A stretch of DNA of 64,000 nucleotides from the human T2T-CHM13v2.0 reference genome, Homo sapiens (GCF_009914755.1 NC_060935.1); one strand, 5' to 3'. Numbered from the stretch's first letter, positions 28,818 to 44,580 are shown. Made by a program: numbers and translations. The notes: a model not told the origin generated them from the sequence alone.

Positions 28818-28841
28818 GCAGTGCTCCGCTAGGTGGCAGCA
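28818..28841 (+). promoter_or_regulatory. CTCF-binding motif (predicted)
   Basis: gcagtgctCCGCTAGGTGGCAGCa closely matches the core CCASYAGRKGGCRS. Confidence 0.6.
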
Positions 28842-28934
28842 CACTCTGCACCTGGCTTCCTGCCTGCTCCATTGGAGAGTGGAGCATACCCACTCCACAG
28901 GCAGGAGAAAAGGGCAGGACAGAAAGAGGAGTGG

Positions 28935-29270
28935 AGCTAATATTTCTTGAAGGTCTCCTGTATGCCAGGTCCTAATACAGACATTTTGAAATATATTAGT
29001 TTATTTAATTCCTACAACAACATATTGGGGTAGATGTCTCTGTTTTAAAGTTATTCACAATAACATTGGATTTTGTTGATTTACTCTATGCCAACCACTC
29101 TACTATGTACTCTTAACTTCATTTGACTCCCTTAATATCCCTAAAAGTGATTCTTATTTTTATCTCTCTGTTACAGATAAGGAAACTGAGGTTTAAAGAG
29201 GGTAAGTGGCTTCAAAACCACACAAATATTAGGCCAGGACACTGAAATCTGAATTCTGGAAGTATGACAG
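28935..29270 (-). mobile_element. Two tandem MIR fragments
   Basis: tatgccaggtcc...atttaattcctacaacaac; ttacagataaggaaactgaggtttaaagagggtaagtggctt. Confidence 0.65.
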
Positions 29271-29379
29271 CATCTGTAAACAACTGGGAATGACATTCCC
29301 TGATTATATGAAAGATTAAGTATTTTCAAATATAAAAAGTGAGACTAGTAACTAGTGCCAATGTTCCTAATAATAATTT

Positions 29380-30220
29380 TTATGAGTGTAAAATGAATAT
29401 ATATATATATATATATTTTATGGATAAATTTTACATGTAAGATACGGAGCAAAAGATTTTAATTATCATCTATACTGACACAATCCAGAAATAACTATTA
29501 TTTTTTCCCATTCTACTTTTGCCTTTGTGCATGTGCATGTGTTTATAATTGTTCCTGATATGTTTTGGCTCTGTGTCCCAACCCAAATCTCATGTGGAAT
29601 TGTAATCCCCACATGTTGAAGGTGGGGCTGGTGGGAGGTGACTGGATCATGGGGGTGGATTTCCCCCTGGCTGTTCTCATGATAGTGAGTGAGTTCTCAT
29701 GGGAGCTGATGGTTTAAAAGTGTGTATCTCTTCTCCCTTCACTCTCTCTCTCTCTCTTCTGCCACCATGAGAAGAAGGTGCTTGCTTCCCCTTCACCTTC
29801 TGCCACGATTATAAGTTTTCTAAGGCCTCCAGTCATGTTTTCTGTTAAGCCTGTTGAAGTGTGAGTTGATTAAACCTCTTTTCTTCAGAAATTATTTAGT
29901 CTCAGGTAGTTTGTTATAGAAGTGTGAAAACAGACTAATACACTTCCAATCATATTGAATATAAAGCTTTCGATAATTATACATATACTTGGGAATTTGG
30001 ATTGCCCAATTTTTTACTACTCTAACATTTGTTGTAATACACAGCCTTGGCTATTAATCTGAACACACATCGCTACTTTTTTCTGTAGACAAGTTTTCTA
30101 TAAATGGAATTGCTGGATCAAAGAATCTGACCACATTTAAGTTAATACCTACTTCCAAATTATTTTTAGAGAAATTTTATCAGTTTTATTTTATTTATGC
30201 AAGCCCTGTATAAGATTCTC
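29380..30220 (-). mobile_element. Old L1ME-like 3' region interrupted by an MSTA LTR
   Basis: cacaatccagaaataactatta...; aaatggaattgctggatcaaag...ttccaaatt. Confidence 0.5.
29556..29942 (+). mobile_element. MSTA-like MaLR solo LTR
   Basis: tgatatgttttggctctgtgtcccaacccaaatctcatg...cagactaataca; TSD gttcc/cttcc. Confidence 0.88.
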
Positions 30221-30229
30221 AGTTTCAAT

Positions 30230-30352
30230 TGCTACTGCTGGTGCCTTGATCTTGGACTTCCTAGCCTGCAGAAATGTATGAAATTAATTACTCTTACTTA
30301 TATGCCACTCAATCTAGGATATTTTGTTTTAGCAGCCTGAGGGAATAAGACA
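30230..30352 (+). mobile_element. MLT1A-like LTR 3' fragment
   Basis: tgctggtgccttgatcttggacttcctagcctgcagaa...agcagcctgagggaataagaca. Confidence 0.7.
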
Positions 30353-30795
30353 CCTGCAATTACAGTTGAAACTTCTCCACTCTAATGAGGTAATCCTCAT
30401 AATTATCAGCTTGCGTGTATAATTTAGCACCATCAAACTTTGTCACAGGATTTCACTCAGTGAGAGTGAAATCATTTTCATTCTTTAGTCTGCATGACAT
30501 TGTACTTCCCTGTTTTTGTCCTGTTTCTGACTAGCATTTTCCTCCATCACTAGAACCTATTGCTCCATGAAAATCTTCACATGATTACCAGAGTCCACTT
30601 TTCCTAGTCCTAGCTGCCTATGTAGCTTGGCTGTCTTAATATAAACACAAACTTAAACTTTTAAAATTTCTCAAATAAGCATAGAGTTCATCCAAGCAGA
30701 GAGAAAAGGCAGGACACAGAGACACTATTCAAGGCAGAGTAATAGAGCAAAGAATGAGGTAGGGATGTGAATACCACTCCGAAGAATGACTAAAG

Positions 30796-31060
30796 TAGTG
30801 TTTCTCCCAGAATTCCAGGGCATTTGACAGGTGTTGCTCAAAATGAAAGAAGGAACACAGAGAGGGTACTCAATTGTCATTCTAGTTTGAGAAATATGAT
30901 ATGTTCTGCCCCCAATTTACCGTATAAATTTGCAGAGTAAAAAGCTCAGAAAAGTCCTACAATATGAAGACCTATTTAATCCAGTCTTTCTCATATTTAT
31001 TTAACTATTGGGCATTTTGTGGCAAAAGGTCTAGTGAAATATAAGTGTGGGAAATTCTGA
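30796..31060. mobile_element. hAT-Charlie MITE (MER112-like)
   Basis: agtgtttctcc...aaagtcctacaatatgaagacctatttaatccagtctttctcatatttattt...tgtgggaaattctg. Confidence 0.4.
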
Positions 31061-31339
31061 ACTAGGAAGATGAGGTTCCCAGTAGTGACATTAGTAAGTT
31101 AGAGACAAACAGGTCATGGCAGATCTTAGCTGCCTGGAGTTGCTGGAGGGGTATTGTAGGTGTCTTGTTCAGCTTTGGGGACTGAATAAAAAACAGTGTT
31201 TCATCAGTTCATCAAGTTGGATTAAGTTATTTTTCTTGAATAGATTATTTAATGCATTTACCCAATGGAAGAAACCATACTTTGTACATAAAATAAAGTA
31301 ACATTTCTTTAAACTTCAAAAAAATTGGAGGGGGCAGGG

Positions 31340-31606
31340 AGGTATACAAAGTTTCAGTTAGATAGGAGAAATAAGTTGAAGAGATCTATTGTACAACATA
31401 GTGACCATAGTTAACAACAATGTATTGTATTCCTGAAAATTGCTCAAAGAGGAGATTTTAATTGTTCTCGCCAGAAAAAAGTATGTGAGGTAATGCATAT
31501 GCTAATTAGCTCAATTTAGCCATTCCACAATTTATACATATTTCAAATCAATATGTTATACATAATAAATATGCATAATTATTATTTGTCAATGAATTAC
31601 TTAAAA
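31340..31606 (+). mobile_element. L1MA-type 3' UTR
   Basis: tacaaagtttcagttagataggagaaataagtt...gtatgtgaggtaatgcatatg...ttatttgtcaat. Confidence 0.85.
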
Positions 31607-31956
31607 TATATTTTACAAGGGAGAAATCTGATGAATATTTTCTTTTGTAAATAGATAACATTTAGTGTGATATGAGCAAGGGTCTGAAGCCAGGTGATGG
31701 ATTGAGACGACTTTGGAGTTGATAGGACTTCTCCCCTAGGACAGATGTGGTGCCTAATTCTCATAATGGTCTTGTGAGTGGAGAGAAAAACAATTCAAAA
31801 AGGAGAAGGAAAGACCAAAATTCTGCAATTGATTAACAGAGGAGGTGAAGTGGAGAAAGGAATCAAACGATGCTTATGTTTATTAATTCATTTATTTATC
31901 CAGACAGCAAATATCTGCAGTGCTAGTAACTGTAAGTATCAATTAAACCTTCCATA

Positions 31957-32114
31957 GGCCAGGTATAGTGGCTCATGCCTGTAATCCCAGCACTTTGAGA
32001 GGCTGAGACCAGAGGATCACATGAGCCCAGGAGTTTGAGACCAGCCTGGCCAACATAGTGAGACCATGTATCTACAAAAATTAAAATACAAAAACTGAAA
32101 AGATTTTTTTAAAA
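31957..32114 (+). mobile_element. Free left Alu monomer (FLAM_C-like)
   Basis: Single arm with gaggatcacatgagcccaggagtt and A-rich tail; degenerate TSD aaaccttccata/aaaccctccaca. Confidence 0.85.
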
Positions 32115-33099
32115 AAACCCTCCACAGCCCCTACTTGTATTCTGAGAATACAAGAGAATGTGCAGAAGGACTTTTTTTCTCTCCCCAATGCCTCACAGAG
32201 ATTGAACAATATTAACTATAAGGAAAATATAAATGCACATAATAATTTTTATATCAGATATGTATATACAAATAAAATATTAATTTTCTATCAGCCAAGT
32301 TCTATTATGTCTGTGTATGTGTATTATATTGAATGTATAGTGAAATATTTAAATGTTATAAGGAAACAAGATAAATCCTGTGATCCAGGCTAATAACTAA
32401 TATTATCACACCTCCCAGAACTCATGCCCTGATGTTGATGTAGCATCCAAAATTCAGCTTCCAAATCACTCAGACTATCGTTTGTTATTTCATTGCACTG
32501 TTCCTTTTTTTATTTCTGTAATAATGATAACAACCAACTCATCAATGCCTGGTGAGCAGAGCATTCAAGCAGCAGAGAAAATCTATCCTGAAAGATAACC
32601 AGTTTCTCTAAGCTGAAATGATACTAAAAAAAAAAGACACAGTCAAGCAAACAAAAAAAAGAATAGACCATGCAGTATCTGAAGGGAGAAAACTCACTCT
32701 CTTTGCTGTAATTTTAAAAATGGGATATAACAACCTCTTTTGGTGTGGTGCCTGTGCATGTTTCAATATTTTTATAGAAAATGGTAATATAATTTCTAGT
32801 CTCAGAAGTGAGCTGACATGACCAGTAATCTTTAGTGCCCTCTGAAGAGAAGGTTAGGCAGATATAAATTACAGCTTTGAAGATATGTGTATACTTACCA
32901 GCATTATTCACTGAAATAAAAGCTAGAATATTATCTTGGAATTGAAATGAGTCAGAAATGGATAAAACACTTGTTCTCACAAGATTTTGCTCTTCCTGGA
33001 TAAATAACAAATCAAATTGTCAAGTGTATACTTCGCTGCCTAGTTGAGGGAAGCTCCATGCTAAAAAGGCTGGGAAAACAGTAACGTAAGAACAAAAGT

Positions 33100-33310
33100 G
33101 CTGAAGTCACATCGATACGGGTGTGATACCTCTCCCCATCCAAGTTACACTGACTAGCTGTGTAACTTGAACAAGTTGTTTGATCTCTCTGAACTATGGT
33201 TTCCATTTCGGAAAAATGAGGAAAAATAGTTATAAAACATATTTTATAATTTATGTAATTTTTTTAAAGTGACAGTGTGTGCTGTAGAAAAGAGACTCAA
33301 AAACTATTCA
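33100..33310 (+). mobile_element. MIR SINE
   Basis: actagctgtgtaacttgaacaagttgtttgatctctctgaactatggtttcc. Confidence 0.7.
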
Positions 33311-34009
33311 TTATTTCACCTCACACAACACTTTTATTGGACTAGAAGGTCATATTGCACTCAAATACTTTGAGAACAAGGATGTGGCCCCTAGTCTCAG
33401 AAGAGTTGCAACGCGGTTGCCAAAAAAAAAAAAAATCAAAAGAGAAATAGACTAAACAATTTTTATGAGGCCCGCTCAAGGAAAAGCAGTGAGCTACTTC
33501 TCTGTGAGTCTCATCGTGTAGTGCGAAGAGCAGATGTTTCAGGACTGAGTTAGTCACCCTTGATATACCTTGATCTACGTGTTAGAGGGTTAGGATGCCA
33601 CTAGTCATTGGAACATCAGGAGGGAGCCCTCCAGGTGGGCAAAGGGTTTCAGCAAATATGACAGCATAAAATCATTTTAGACTATTAAATGACAGAAAAT
33701 TCATTACTTATAATTAGTATTTTACTATCCAGTATTTCATCTTCTACAACTGAAACAAACTTCCATTTTAGGCATCACTGAAAGGAGAGTTCAATAATGA
33801 AAAAGAAAACAAAGAGAAATACTTTTACTAAAAACAAGATAAAGGATCTAGCCAAACAAATAACAAAAGTACAAAAGACTAATATTTTTAAAATATTAAG
33901 CCTTGTTAGGAAAGAAATACAAACTAAAAAATTAAAAAACCATGGTTAACTATTCAAATTTCTAAATATTGCAGAAAAAGGGGGAGGAGGAGAAGGAGAG
34001 GGGAAGGAA

Positions 34010-34530
34010 TAAAAATGTTGGTACAAGTATAGGACAATAGTCATTCGCATGGATTCCTAGTTGGCATGGAAGTCAATTTGATATTATTTATCATAATTTT
34101 AAAAAATTATGTAATTTAGCCCAGCAATTCCCAAGAAATTTATGTTAAGCATATAGCTACAGGAATGTTCATGACAGCTCTCAAATAATAGTGAATGATT
34201 AGAATAAATCTAAATATCTTACTGCTGACAGATTAAATGATTTATATCATATCTATTCATGGAATCCTATGAAATCATAAACATGTAATACTTGTCTCAG
34301 TAATGCTACGTTATGAAATGGAAAATGATATTCCAATATAAACCATTTTAATATGACTATAAATATATACAAATAGAAAGAACAAATGTTATTTTGAGAG
34401 TGGTCATTATTTGGTAATACTGTTTGTATTACCAAGTAATACAAATGTTTTAGCTTGTTCATTTGTACCTTCTGAATTTCCTGCAGTTTTCTGTTAATGA
34501 GATGTTAAAAATAAAAGATAAAAAAAACAA
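34010..34530 (+). mobile_element. L1ME-like 3' fragment
   Basis: ttagcccagcaattcccaagaaatttat...aggaatgttcatgacagc...aatctaaatatc. Confidence 0.55.
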
Positions 34531-35790
34531 AGAAAATGAGAAAATATTATTCAATGCAATGAGAACTAATTTTTCAGGATCTACATACAGGATAAAACTC
34601 TGGAGGAAAATACAGTGATCTCTATGGGCACGTGTAGAGGGAGAATAAATTCTAAAAAGTAAGTGGACCAGCGATGGCTAAATTCAGCTTTGTCATAACT
34701 TATTCAACAATGATTACCATGTATCTTGAGAACTATGCTGATTTTGACTACAGTAGTATAATGAATTGTACTATTAGTGGCCATTATACAAGGTCATCAT
34801 AAGGGCAGAATTTGGGAGAAATTTGGCTTTTCCACTGTAAATCATCCTGAGAAGAGGTATCAATACCGGACATAAAAGAGTGATTGATTGAGAGTAACTT
34901 TGCATATAAATATTAAGTATTTTCAGGGCTATTCCAGACAGATAGCTAATTTTATGATACGGGAAAGTCTTTGTCTATAGTTTCTAAGAATAGCCGCATC
35001 TTGTAGGAATTGTAAATAACTTTCCCTATTGAATTTCCCTTCTGTTATTATTAAACCTGTAATGATATTCAACTATGGTTTGCCTTAGCTGTGTGAGGGG
35101 CATTATGACAAATATAAGATTAGGGTTATAAAGGTCACCTGAGTCAGGGAGAACAGTGTTCATTACATGGAAAGAAAGACGGCTGATGAAGTGCCAGATT
35201 CCCAGGAACGGTGATAAGCAACAGCAATGACAGATGTGTAGATCATGAAAGCATCTTCAGGGTTTTTAAACAAATTCTGTGCACTTGAACTGAAGATTTG
35301 CATTAAATTTACCTAAAATATAAATGGTGAGTTTAAAATCAAAGCAATTTGGATATTCAAAGTCTTCGTAAAGTTAATGATACCTGGAGAACTCAGACTG
35401 AGCCCTAGGTGACATGGCACAAGCATGTTCCCAAAAATACATCAATTGACTCCAACTCAAGAGACACCATTAGTTCCTGATGCATACTAATCATAGAAAG
35501 GACTTAAGATCACACTGTGGTTTCTTCAGGCTTCACCAAGATATAAATACAAATGAAGTTGCATTAATGGTAATAATTGAAATCCTGCAAGACTACTCCT
35601 TAACTACACAATGGATAACCTCCAGCATCTTTTTAAAAGTCTGCCCCAATCACTTCTAAAGGCCACCATAGGAGTTACTTACGATTCACTAACCTTTATG
35701 CCATGTTTTTACACTGTTTGTTAGAGTCAATTGATGATAGCGCCTTGATTCTGGCACTGCTGCTAGTATCTATTCTTCATTGCACTGGGG

Positions 35791-36155
35791 TCATTAATTT
35801 ATTCCAAAAATATTTGTTAAACAACTCCTATATAATATTATCTGTTCAACTGACTGTATAAAACAGAATGTAAATAAAACAGAAATGTTCTTATTATCCT
35901 AGGGCTCACATGGCAGGAGACAGAGAATACATAGGTAGGCAAATAGACATACAATATGCCAGGTTGTGATAAATGCAGTGATGACAAATAAATCAGAGTA
36001 AGAAAATGCAGAGTGATGGAGGTGAGGACAAGCTTTTTAAACAGGGGAGTCATGGAAGACCTGTTTATGCAGAGACATGTTTGAAATGAGGGAGCAAGCC
36101 AGGTGGTTATCTGTGCAAAGATCATTCAAAATAGTGGTAGCAGCGAGGGCACATG
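35791..36155 (-). mobile_element. L2a-like 3' region
   Basis: ttattccaaaaatatttgttaaacaactccta...gtgataaatgcagtg...gggagcaagccaggtggttatctg. Confidence 0.7.
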
Positions 36156-36919
36156 GAGATTCGTGGGCCCTTTCTGTGGCTAGTGATAATGTTGAGACTG
36201 GGGAGAGGTTATGCCAAAGAGATAATTACTAGTACACCCAAAGCTATATTATCAAATATAAAATTATCAAATTACCACTAAATGGAGGCAACTCATATTT
36301 CATGCCAGAGAGGAACAATGCCCCTTCTTATACCCTATCTTGAAATTAGTCACTAGAGGCATTGAAGAAGCATGACTTTAATTCAGACCCTCAGAGTCCC
36401 CGGGGAAATAACTCCCTCTTTCAACTTCTCCTTGTAAAATCCCTCTCTTGAGAACTAATGCATGAATCCAGGAATCAGGTTAAAAGTTAGACACAGTGCT
36501 ATCTTGTCCATCCCCTCCTTCCCTTCAAACTCTATAGCACATATCTACAACCCTAATCCCCTGCCATGCTATAAAAATGACTCATACAATTCATGTTTTG
36601 TTAATAATTTATCTCTCTCATGTAGCATAGTGTGGGAGTTCACAAATACCCCAAACAAAATTTGAAGAAACAAACCCATCAATACCATAGCCATGTCCAG
36701 ATATATCTGAATGCCAGCATGGGCACAGATGAGGCTTGGATTCTGATTTTCCCAAAATTTTTGGAAAAATTAATCTATGGATGAGACAAAGGGAACAGGG
36801 AGCTGAAATAATACTATTTTCCTAAAGCATTTCTCACGTTCTGATGGGAAGAGATTGGCTTCCAAACCAAATAGATATAAAGTGTTTGTTTTTCTGTGTG
36901 TCTGCCCTTAGACAGGTAC

Positions 36920-37070
36920 ATTCACTCATCCATTCTTCACTTACTAGGCACTTATTGAGGACATACTGCCTTTTGAGCCCTGTGCAGGTACAAAGTATTC
37001 AGAGATGAATCAGGCTTTTAAAAAATCTCTTAAGAAACTCATTTACTAGTGGGTAAGACAGATAAAAACA
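36920..37070 (-). mobile_element. L2 3' end
   Basis: cattcactcatccattc...cacttattgaggacatactg...cagagatgaatcag. Confidence 0.6.
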
Positions 37071-37094
37071 AGCATGTAGTTATTCCAGTTTAGT

Positions 37095-37235
37095 GTCTCT
37101 AATCCTCAGTTTCATTAATCTAAAAATGAAGCACACTACCTCCTTAGCTAGATAATTACAAAGATTAAATAGTTAAAATACATCAAACACCTAGCAGAAT
37201 GCTGGACTCATAATAAGCACTCAGTAAGTGTTAAA
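37095..37235 (+). mobile_element. MIR SINE
   Basis: tctctaatcctcagtttcattaatctaaaaatg...cctagcagaatgctggactcataataagcactcagtaagtgtt. Confidence 0.7.
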
Positions 37236-37273
37236 AAGCAGCACAAGGCAGAAAAAAAGAGCATTAGGTAATT

Positions 37274-37465
37274 CAGTGGATCTCAAACTCTAGGGAATTT
37301 CAGAATCCTTTGGAGGGCTTGCTAAACAGACTGCTGCCCACCCATCCCCCACCACCAGAGATTCAAATTCAGTAGATAGGGGGTGGTACCCAAGGATTTG
37401 CATTTCCTGCAGTTCTTAGCTGATGCTGATGCAGTTGGTCCAAGAACCACATTTGAGAATCACTG
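37274..37465. mobile_element. MER5A MITE, full length
   Basis: Terminal inverted repeats cagtggatctcaaa / tttgagaatcactg. Confidence 0.85.
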
Positions 37466-37469
37466 GCTT

Positions 37470-37660
37470 ACAGAATCAGATGTACTTGCAATGTCATTCC
37501 AAAGCTCTCCTTTACAATATCTGTGGTCATGGATGAGTAACTTAAATTCTCTTAGTCTCTGACTACACATCTCACAATTGAGGATACTAATACATATATC
37601 ACAGGACTGCTTTGAGAGGACTCACTAATACAGTTTGGCATACGGTATGGGAACAATAGT
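37470..37660 (+). mobile_element. MIR SINE
   Basis: ctgtggtcatggatgagtaacttaaattctct...atcacaggactgctttgag. Confidence 0.5.
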
Positions 37661-38246
37661 CGTAAATTAGCTCTCGTTTAGTCTGTTTTCATTTATCTGA
37701 GCTCTGAAATTACTACTGAAACTCCTCAGAACTTTCTAATTTTCATGAAAGTAACTTTATAAGATTATCTTTTCTGCTGGACAGAAAGCTCCTCAGGAGA
37801 AAGAATATGATTTTCTACATTCTTCATCTAATATAGTGCCTGGAATATGACAGATATTCCCACAATATATGTATATTGTCTTTATTATAACTGGATCTTT
37901 CTAAAGATACCGTATGCCTTCATTATTTTACCCTCTTGCTTGTTTTCCAAAAGAAGGAAGTTGTGATAAATAGAAAGTTGCAGAAATTTTGCTGTCTTTC
38001 AAGCATAACTCACATACCATTGTCTATTGATTAATCAGACAAGCTCTGTTTCTAGCATTTAAGCAGTTGTTTGAAAACAATTACATAAACTTTCTCAGAT
38101 GTGATATTGACCTTTCTTCTTGTTCTCTGACCAGTGCTCATGGAAATGTTGTTTGCAATTATTTCTCCACAACCTTGATCTTGGTGTCATTCTGCTCACT
38201 ACCTTTTAGTGGCCAAATTTGTGTCATCTAATACTATTGTGGTACT

Positions 38247-38419
38247 CAGGGTCATCGTGATAGATGTGCAACCAGTGCAGTCAAACAGGGCCCTGGGCTT
38301 AGAAAGACTCTGTGCTTGGTTTAATGCTCTGTGATTATCATCTTTAAAGTCTTAATTTTTGGTCAAGCAACTGAATTTTTATTTTGCACTAAGCCCTGCA
38401 AATTACGTAGCTGGTCCTG
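38247..38419 (+). mobile_element. MER45A (hAT-Tip100) MITE
   Basis: caggg...tgcagtcaaacagggccc...ttttgcactaagccctgcaaattacgtagctggtcctg; 8-bp TSD gtggtact/ctggcact. Confidence 0.8.
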
Positions 38420-39744
38420 CTGGCACTAAAGCTGGGATTCCAGGGAAATGCAGATGCTACATCAACAATTAAAAAAAATCTACTTCTTTCGTCTTTCGCC
38501 AACTCATTTGCAGGTTTCTCAAAAACTACATAACCTTGGGAAGATCACTTCGGTTCAATGAGTCTGAACAACCTCATCTTAAATGGATGCTTTTTTATGT
38601 ACTTCTAGTTCTAAAACACTATAAATTTGTTAATTTCTAAATACAGAGTACTTTACAACTTAAATAAAAGGAACTGCTACTTTAAGGACACACATTTGCT
38701 AAATCCATCTAAATCCATTCAATGTCTTTTAAGATGAAAAGCAGATGGTGAATGTATCCTAAGATACCATTACTTCTGAATTCATATAACTATATACCTT
38801 GCATTTCCATGTAATTTCCTGGGGATAGTCAATCCAAGAAAGCTTCCTATATCTTAACCTGAAAAATGACACATCAACAGCATGCTGAGCCTCCCCATTA
38901 CCGGGAATGCAGGGCCCATTAAACTGTGAGGATGCATATGCACACCTAATTATGTTTATGCCTCCTTATAAATCAGCAAAGTGAAAGCATATGCATGCTG
39001 AAAATTACCCATAATTAACTTTCCTAATTGCACCCAAATAAAGAGGGAAATAATTCACTTCAGAATATGCTTTCATCCTTTGGGCAAAGCCTACACTCAT
39101 CTTGTTTAGGTTTTGAAAAATTGTCTCCTTGTTCATAAATGGAAATTAATTCTTTGTATGCCAAACCACAACAGAGTTCTTCCCTGGGTGTTGAGCCACA
39201 GAAAATGAAAAGATTCAGATATGAATGTCAGAGGACTAGAGCAGGGATCTAGGCAGCAAAAAAAGCATACAGAGGAAATTCTAGGTAAATGAAAACAATT
39301 CCTTCATTCTGATGAAGAGGGCAATGCAGATGGTGACAGGCCAACCACAGATACAATAGGAGGCAACAACCAGGGACAGATCCTCAGGGAAAAGAAGCAT
39401 TAAATTTAGATGTCGGACAGAAGACTCAATTTCGCGACAGTAATTGAGATCAATTGGAGCACTTTCTGTTCTCCTTACCCACCATTTCCCTTGCAGTTTC
39501 TCTGAACAATTACTGTTCTATTACTGGCAGAATTAAGACAGGCAGAAGTTGTGCATGCCTAATTGGGCTTCCAGATATGGTTTATTGCTATCCTTAGGGA
39601 CAGTAACCAGAAAGAAAAGGTTTGAAGGGAAGGATGAAACACAGGGCTTTTGATGTTCACAAAAAGATAAATCATTCTTCTCCTAACTCGGAAGTGCAGA
39701 GCTCTGAATAAGTCTGAGTATCTGACTTCTGATCACTCTCTCTG

Positions 39745-39930
39745 GGTGCTTTGCATTCATTGTGTCATTTAGTCCTCATATCAGCACCATTCTTGTCTTC
39801 ATTCAGTGTACAGATGAAAATGGGGATAAAGAAATCAAATAAGATGATCCAATAATAAGTTGATGGAGTGAAGTTTCAAACCTCAGATTGTTTCTTACCC
39901 CTAAGCCCTTGTTTTAGGCTACACTGCCAT
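39745..39930 (-). mobile_element. MIR SINE
   Basis: gtgctttgcattcattgtgtcatttagtcctcata...tacagatgaaaa. Confidence 0.55.
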
Positions 39931-40342
39931 GCAATTCAAGGGAACCCAAATTCCTAAATTGAATCATTTGCATTTTGGCAAAGATGTAGATGGACTTCTA
40001 TTTTCTTTTTACTATATTAACAATTTTAAAATATAGAACAAATGAATTAATGACTTTAAAATGTGTATCATATGTATCATACGACTTTACTGGCTTCTGT
40101 TGACCTATGCTAGGATGATGTTTTTATTTGAGCCTACCTACTATCTTTGAAAGCCCTCAATTTTAGTTTTCCCAAATAATAAGTCTAGCTTTCCCAAAGG
40201 AAAAGGATAGAAAATTTCCATCTAGACTCTAACAATAACACTCACTTTTGCAAAATTTTCATGAGAACTAAATAACTCAAGGAAGTCATGTGTTTGGACA
40301 TTGAACCTCAGGAAAGCAGAATGGTGAATGAGACCAATTCTT

Positions 40343-43193
<2,851 letters not shown>

Positions 43194-43209
43194 AATGTGA
43201 CCAATTCTT

Positions 43210-43440
43210 AATGGATGACAGTGTCAGTGTTTGTAGTGTCTAGTCTTTGACATCCCAGGTGGTGTGCCATGGTACCTGAAGTGGGGTTGCACATTGATTT
43301 CATCTTTAGGGCTCAGTACCTACCTCTCTTGGCTTCTGGAGATTTTATAAACTACCTAATACTCTTTAATAAATCCCTTTTCTGCTTTTAGTAGCCAGAG
43401 TGGATGCTATTTTTTGCAACTAAAAATTGTAATTTTGACA
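43210..43440 (+). mobile_element. Old ERVL LTR 3' part (LTR33/LTR16-like), probable host of the L1PA5 insertion
   Basis: aataaatcccttttctgcttttagtagccagagtggatgctattttttgcaactaaaaa. Confidence 0.5.
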
Positions 43441-43889
43441 CCATCTTAAATATGAACTCTCTTCCCTGGCATCCATCAACTTTCTTCAGGGAAAAAAAAA
43501 ACACTTTGGTAACATCACCTACTGCTTGTGCATAGCAGTGTTCTTATCAGTGTGATTTGTACCAGGCATTCCCTGTACTCAGAAAGCAATCCTATTCAAT
43601 TAGACACCTCACTAGGCTTACTACACTGGAAATCATAGAGCGATCAGTTTCAAGGATCATTTATTTTATATACAAGTACCTAGACTAAGCCCCTACCCAT
43701 GAGTAAATATAAGGATCATCCAGCCACCAATAAAGATTGCACAAAAAGAAAAACAGGGCAAGCTCACATCAAAATCAGTCGATCCCCAAGCAGATCTCTT
43801 CTGCATTCCTGCTTGTTTCCTACATTTGAACACTGGAAATGGCTAAGTGCTAGGAAAACTAAGGGTCGTGTTTATCTTCATACCTTCAT

Positions 43890-44580
43890 ACCTCTGATTT
43901 TCACATTTTTATTACAGAATTCTATGACCCACTCCCATTACTTAAGTTAAAAACCTGTTATTTTTTATTACATCTATACCATTAGTTCCTGAATTCAATT
44001 CAGTTAATAGTATCTACTTAATATTTTTTCAAATTATTCCTATGTCCATCTACTCATGACTTATATCAGTGGCTTCCTGCTGGTTTTACTTGCTTCCAGT
44101 TTCCTTGCTGTTTTTTTTTTTCTCCATAAGTATTAGGAGGGATATTTTTCCAGAACACAAATATGATCATGCCACTCCATGCCCCAAAACTCTTTTAATC
44201 ACCCACAGAATAAAATCCCAACTTGCCAGCAAATAGGACGTACATGATGTGGCAAAACCTGCCCCTCCATCCTCATCTGCAGTGCTCTTCCACCCACACT
44301 ATAAAAATCAACCCTTGATAAACCACAGAAACACATGTGGCTCTCCAAACAATCTTGCTTTCCATTTCCATGCATTTATCACATTGTCCCTCTTAGCAAC
44401 ACATCCTGCATAGAGTGGCTCAAAAACCTCAGCTCTAAGGACCCTTCAATGTCTCTAGACTAATTTGAGTTTTTCCTCTGTGCTCCCACACTCCCAAGTG
44501 TCTTATTCATTCGTTCCACCCTCCATTATGTGGTCATGATTATCCGTTTGGGGTTCTGTCTCTTCACCTAGTTTCTACTT
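43890..44580 (+). mobile_element. L2 fragment
   Basis: aacacaaatatgatcatgccactcc...cagaataaaatcccaacttgccagc. Confidence 0.6.

Noticed and set aside
32891-32902. atacttacc as the 5' end of a U1 snRNA pseudogene
   Set aside because: The match stops after 9 nt; it is just the complement of a splice-donor consensus.
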